From: a phage
DNA: 64,000 bases
Reading direction: 5' to 3' (one strand)
Sequence record: PZ295659.1
In this document: piece by piece, positions 62,553 to 64,000 of the stretch
Layout: each line of letters begins with the position of its first letter
Numbering within the stretch: the stretch's first letter is position 1
Translations under genes and position numbers: made by a program
The notes under the pieces: generated by a model
Told to the model about the DNA's origin: nothing
Databases searched by the model: none
The model's input: the letters and a program-made list of their open reading frames with translations, nothing else

Positions 62553-64000
62553 ATGGTTGACATCAAACGTAAGTTCAGGGCCGAAGATGGTCTTGACGCA
62601 GGCGGTGATAAGATAGTTAACGTTGCGCTTGCTGACCGCACAGTTGGCACCGATGGCGTGAACGTTGACTTTTTGGTGCAAGAAAACACCGTACAGAATT
62701 ATGACGAGACGCGCGCGTATACAAAAGATTTTATTGTTCTTTATGATAATCGTTTTTATCAAGCTTTAAACGATATTCCAGCTCCGGCGGGCCCTTTCTC
62801 TTTGGCTAAATGGAAGGCAACTCGTACAGATGCAGAATGGATTACAGTTCAAGGCGGAGATTTCCAATTATCAGTAGGTAACTCTATTGCGGTTGATACT
62901 TCAGCTGGCACTGATATTAATTTCACTTTGCCTCAAAATCCTTTAGATGGCGATACAGTTATTTTGTCTGATATTGGCGGTAGAGTAGGCTATGTAAAAG
63001 TTCAAATTACTGCAGCGGCTCAAAGTATTGTAAACTTTAGAGGACAACAGGTTCGTTCAGTTTTAATGACGCACCCAAAATCTAAAATGGTCTTCATTTT
63101 TAGCAACCGCCTATGGCAAATGTATGTTTCTGATTACGAACGTAATGCAGTCACAGTGACTCCTGCTACGCCATATCAAGCACAACCTAATGATTTTATC
63201 ATTCGACGTTTTACATCAGCCGCTCCTATTAATATTACATTGCCTCGTAATGCTAATAATGGCGATATTATTAATTTAGTGGATTTAGACAAATTAAACC
63301 CATTATATCACACAATTGTCAAAACTTACGATGATACAACTTCTATACGAGAAGCGGGTGTTCATGTAGCAGAAGGACGTAATACTGCGGAAGCATTCTT
63401 TGTTTATGATTCTGCCAATAGTTTATGGCGTGTTTGGGAAGGTGACCAGAAATCTCGTTTACGTATAGTTCGTAATGATACTGATTTACGCCCTAATGAA
63501 GAAGTTCTTGTTTTTGGAACTAATAATGATACAATCTCGACGGTAAATCTTACTTTGCCTACAGATATTTTGTCTGGCGATACTGTTAAAATATCGTTGA
63601 ATTATATGCGTAAAGGGCAAACTGTAAAAATTAAAGCTGCTGAAGGCGATACAATTGCTAGCAGTATTTCTTTATTACAGTTCCCAAAACGTTCGGAGTA
63701 TCCACCTGATGCACAATGGGTTTCTGTTAGTGAGCTGGAATTTAATGGTGATACTTCGTATGTACCTGTACTTGAGTTATCTTATATAGAAGATTATTCA
63801 TCTGAAACAAAATATTGGGTAGTTCAACAAAACACCGTAACCGTCGAACGAGTCGATGCATCTAGCAATAACACTCGAGCTCGTTTAGGTGTTATTGCTC
63901 TTGCTTCTCAAGAGCAAGCAAATGTCGATTTAGAAAATGCTCCTGGTAAAGAACTGGCTATTACTCCGGAAACATTAGCAAATCGTACAGCAACTGAAAC
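62553..64000 (+). CDS. 34: long tail fiber proximal subunit gp34, N-terminal part (runs off window end)
   Basis: ORF absent from the track because it has no stop in the window; N-terminus MVDIKRKFRAEDGLDAGGDKIVNVALADRTVGTDGVNVDF matches recalled T4 gp34; repeated LP-N--DGD-I-L-D modules. Confidence 0.85.
   Translation, partial: MVDIKRKFRAEDGLDAGGDKIVNVALADRTVGTDGVNVDFLVQENTVQNYDETRAYTKDFIVLYDNRFYQALNDIPAPAGPFSLAKWKATRTDAEWITVQGGDFQLSVGNSIAVDTSAGTDINFTLPQNPLDGDTVILSDIGGRVGYVKVQITAAAQSIVNFRGQQVRSVLMTHPKSKMVFIFSNRLWQMYVSDYERNAVTVTPATPYQAQPNDFIIRRFTSAAPINITLPRNANNGDIINLVDLDKLNPLYHTIVKTYDDTTSIREAGVHVAEGRNTAEAFFVYDSANSLWRVWEGDQKSRLRIVRNDTDLRPNEEVLVFGTNNDTISTVNLTLPTDILSGDTVKISLNYMRKGQTVKIKAAEGDTIASSISLLQFPKRSEYPPDAQWVSVSELEFNGDTSYVPVLELSYIEDYSSETKYWVVQQNTVTVERVDASSNNTRARLGVIALASQEQANVDLENAPGKELAITPETLANRTATE

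Noticed and set aside
62502-62762. 86-aa minus-strand ORF overlapping the gene 34 start
   Set aside because: It overlaps the gene 34 late promoter, RBS and conserved N-terminus; rnh ends upstream and has its own promoter; no RBS.

Overview
This window is a near-complete core block of a T4-like (Tevenvirinae, probably Tequatrovirus-type) myovirus genome, with proteins and gene order closely matching phage T4 as recalled from memory (no database search was run). The plus strand carries late structural and packaging genes: baseplate wedge 7(C-terminus)-8-9-10-11-12, wac, 13-14-15, terminase 16-17, tail sheath 18, tube 19, portal 20, prohead core 67-68, protease 21, scaffold 22, major capsid 23, vertex 24, uvsW, baseplate hub 51-27-28-29-48-54, and the start of long tail fiber 34. 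The minus strand carries early and middle genes: rnlB, hoc, inh, uvsY, 25-26, alt, DNA ligase 30 with the 30.x cluster, rIII, 31, cd, pseT, a spanin pair, alc, rnlA, denA, nrdB, nrdA, td, frd, 32, 59, 33, dsbA and rnh. Regulatory grammar is readable directly: T4-type late promoters (TATAAATA), early promoters (GTTTAC-N17/18-TAnnAT), MotA-box middle promoters, and many C(UUCG)G-type terminator hairpins, including four identical copies of an 18-nt hairpin. Departures from the T4 layout are the main interest: a full-length class I DAHP synthase (AroG-like) next to cd, an extra 115-aa gene between frd and td, an antisense 89-aa early gene between 23 and 24 where T4 has segD, a NADAR/YbiA-like protein in the 30.x cluster near alt, a 270-nt ORF-free GC-richer spacer next to rIII, and intron-free td and nrdB with no homing endonuclease genes. 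No tRNA, rRNA or CRISPR features were found.
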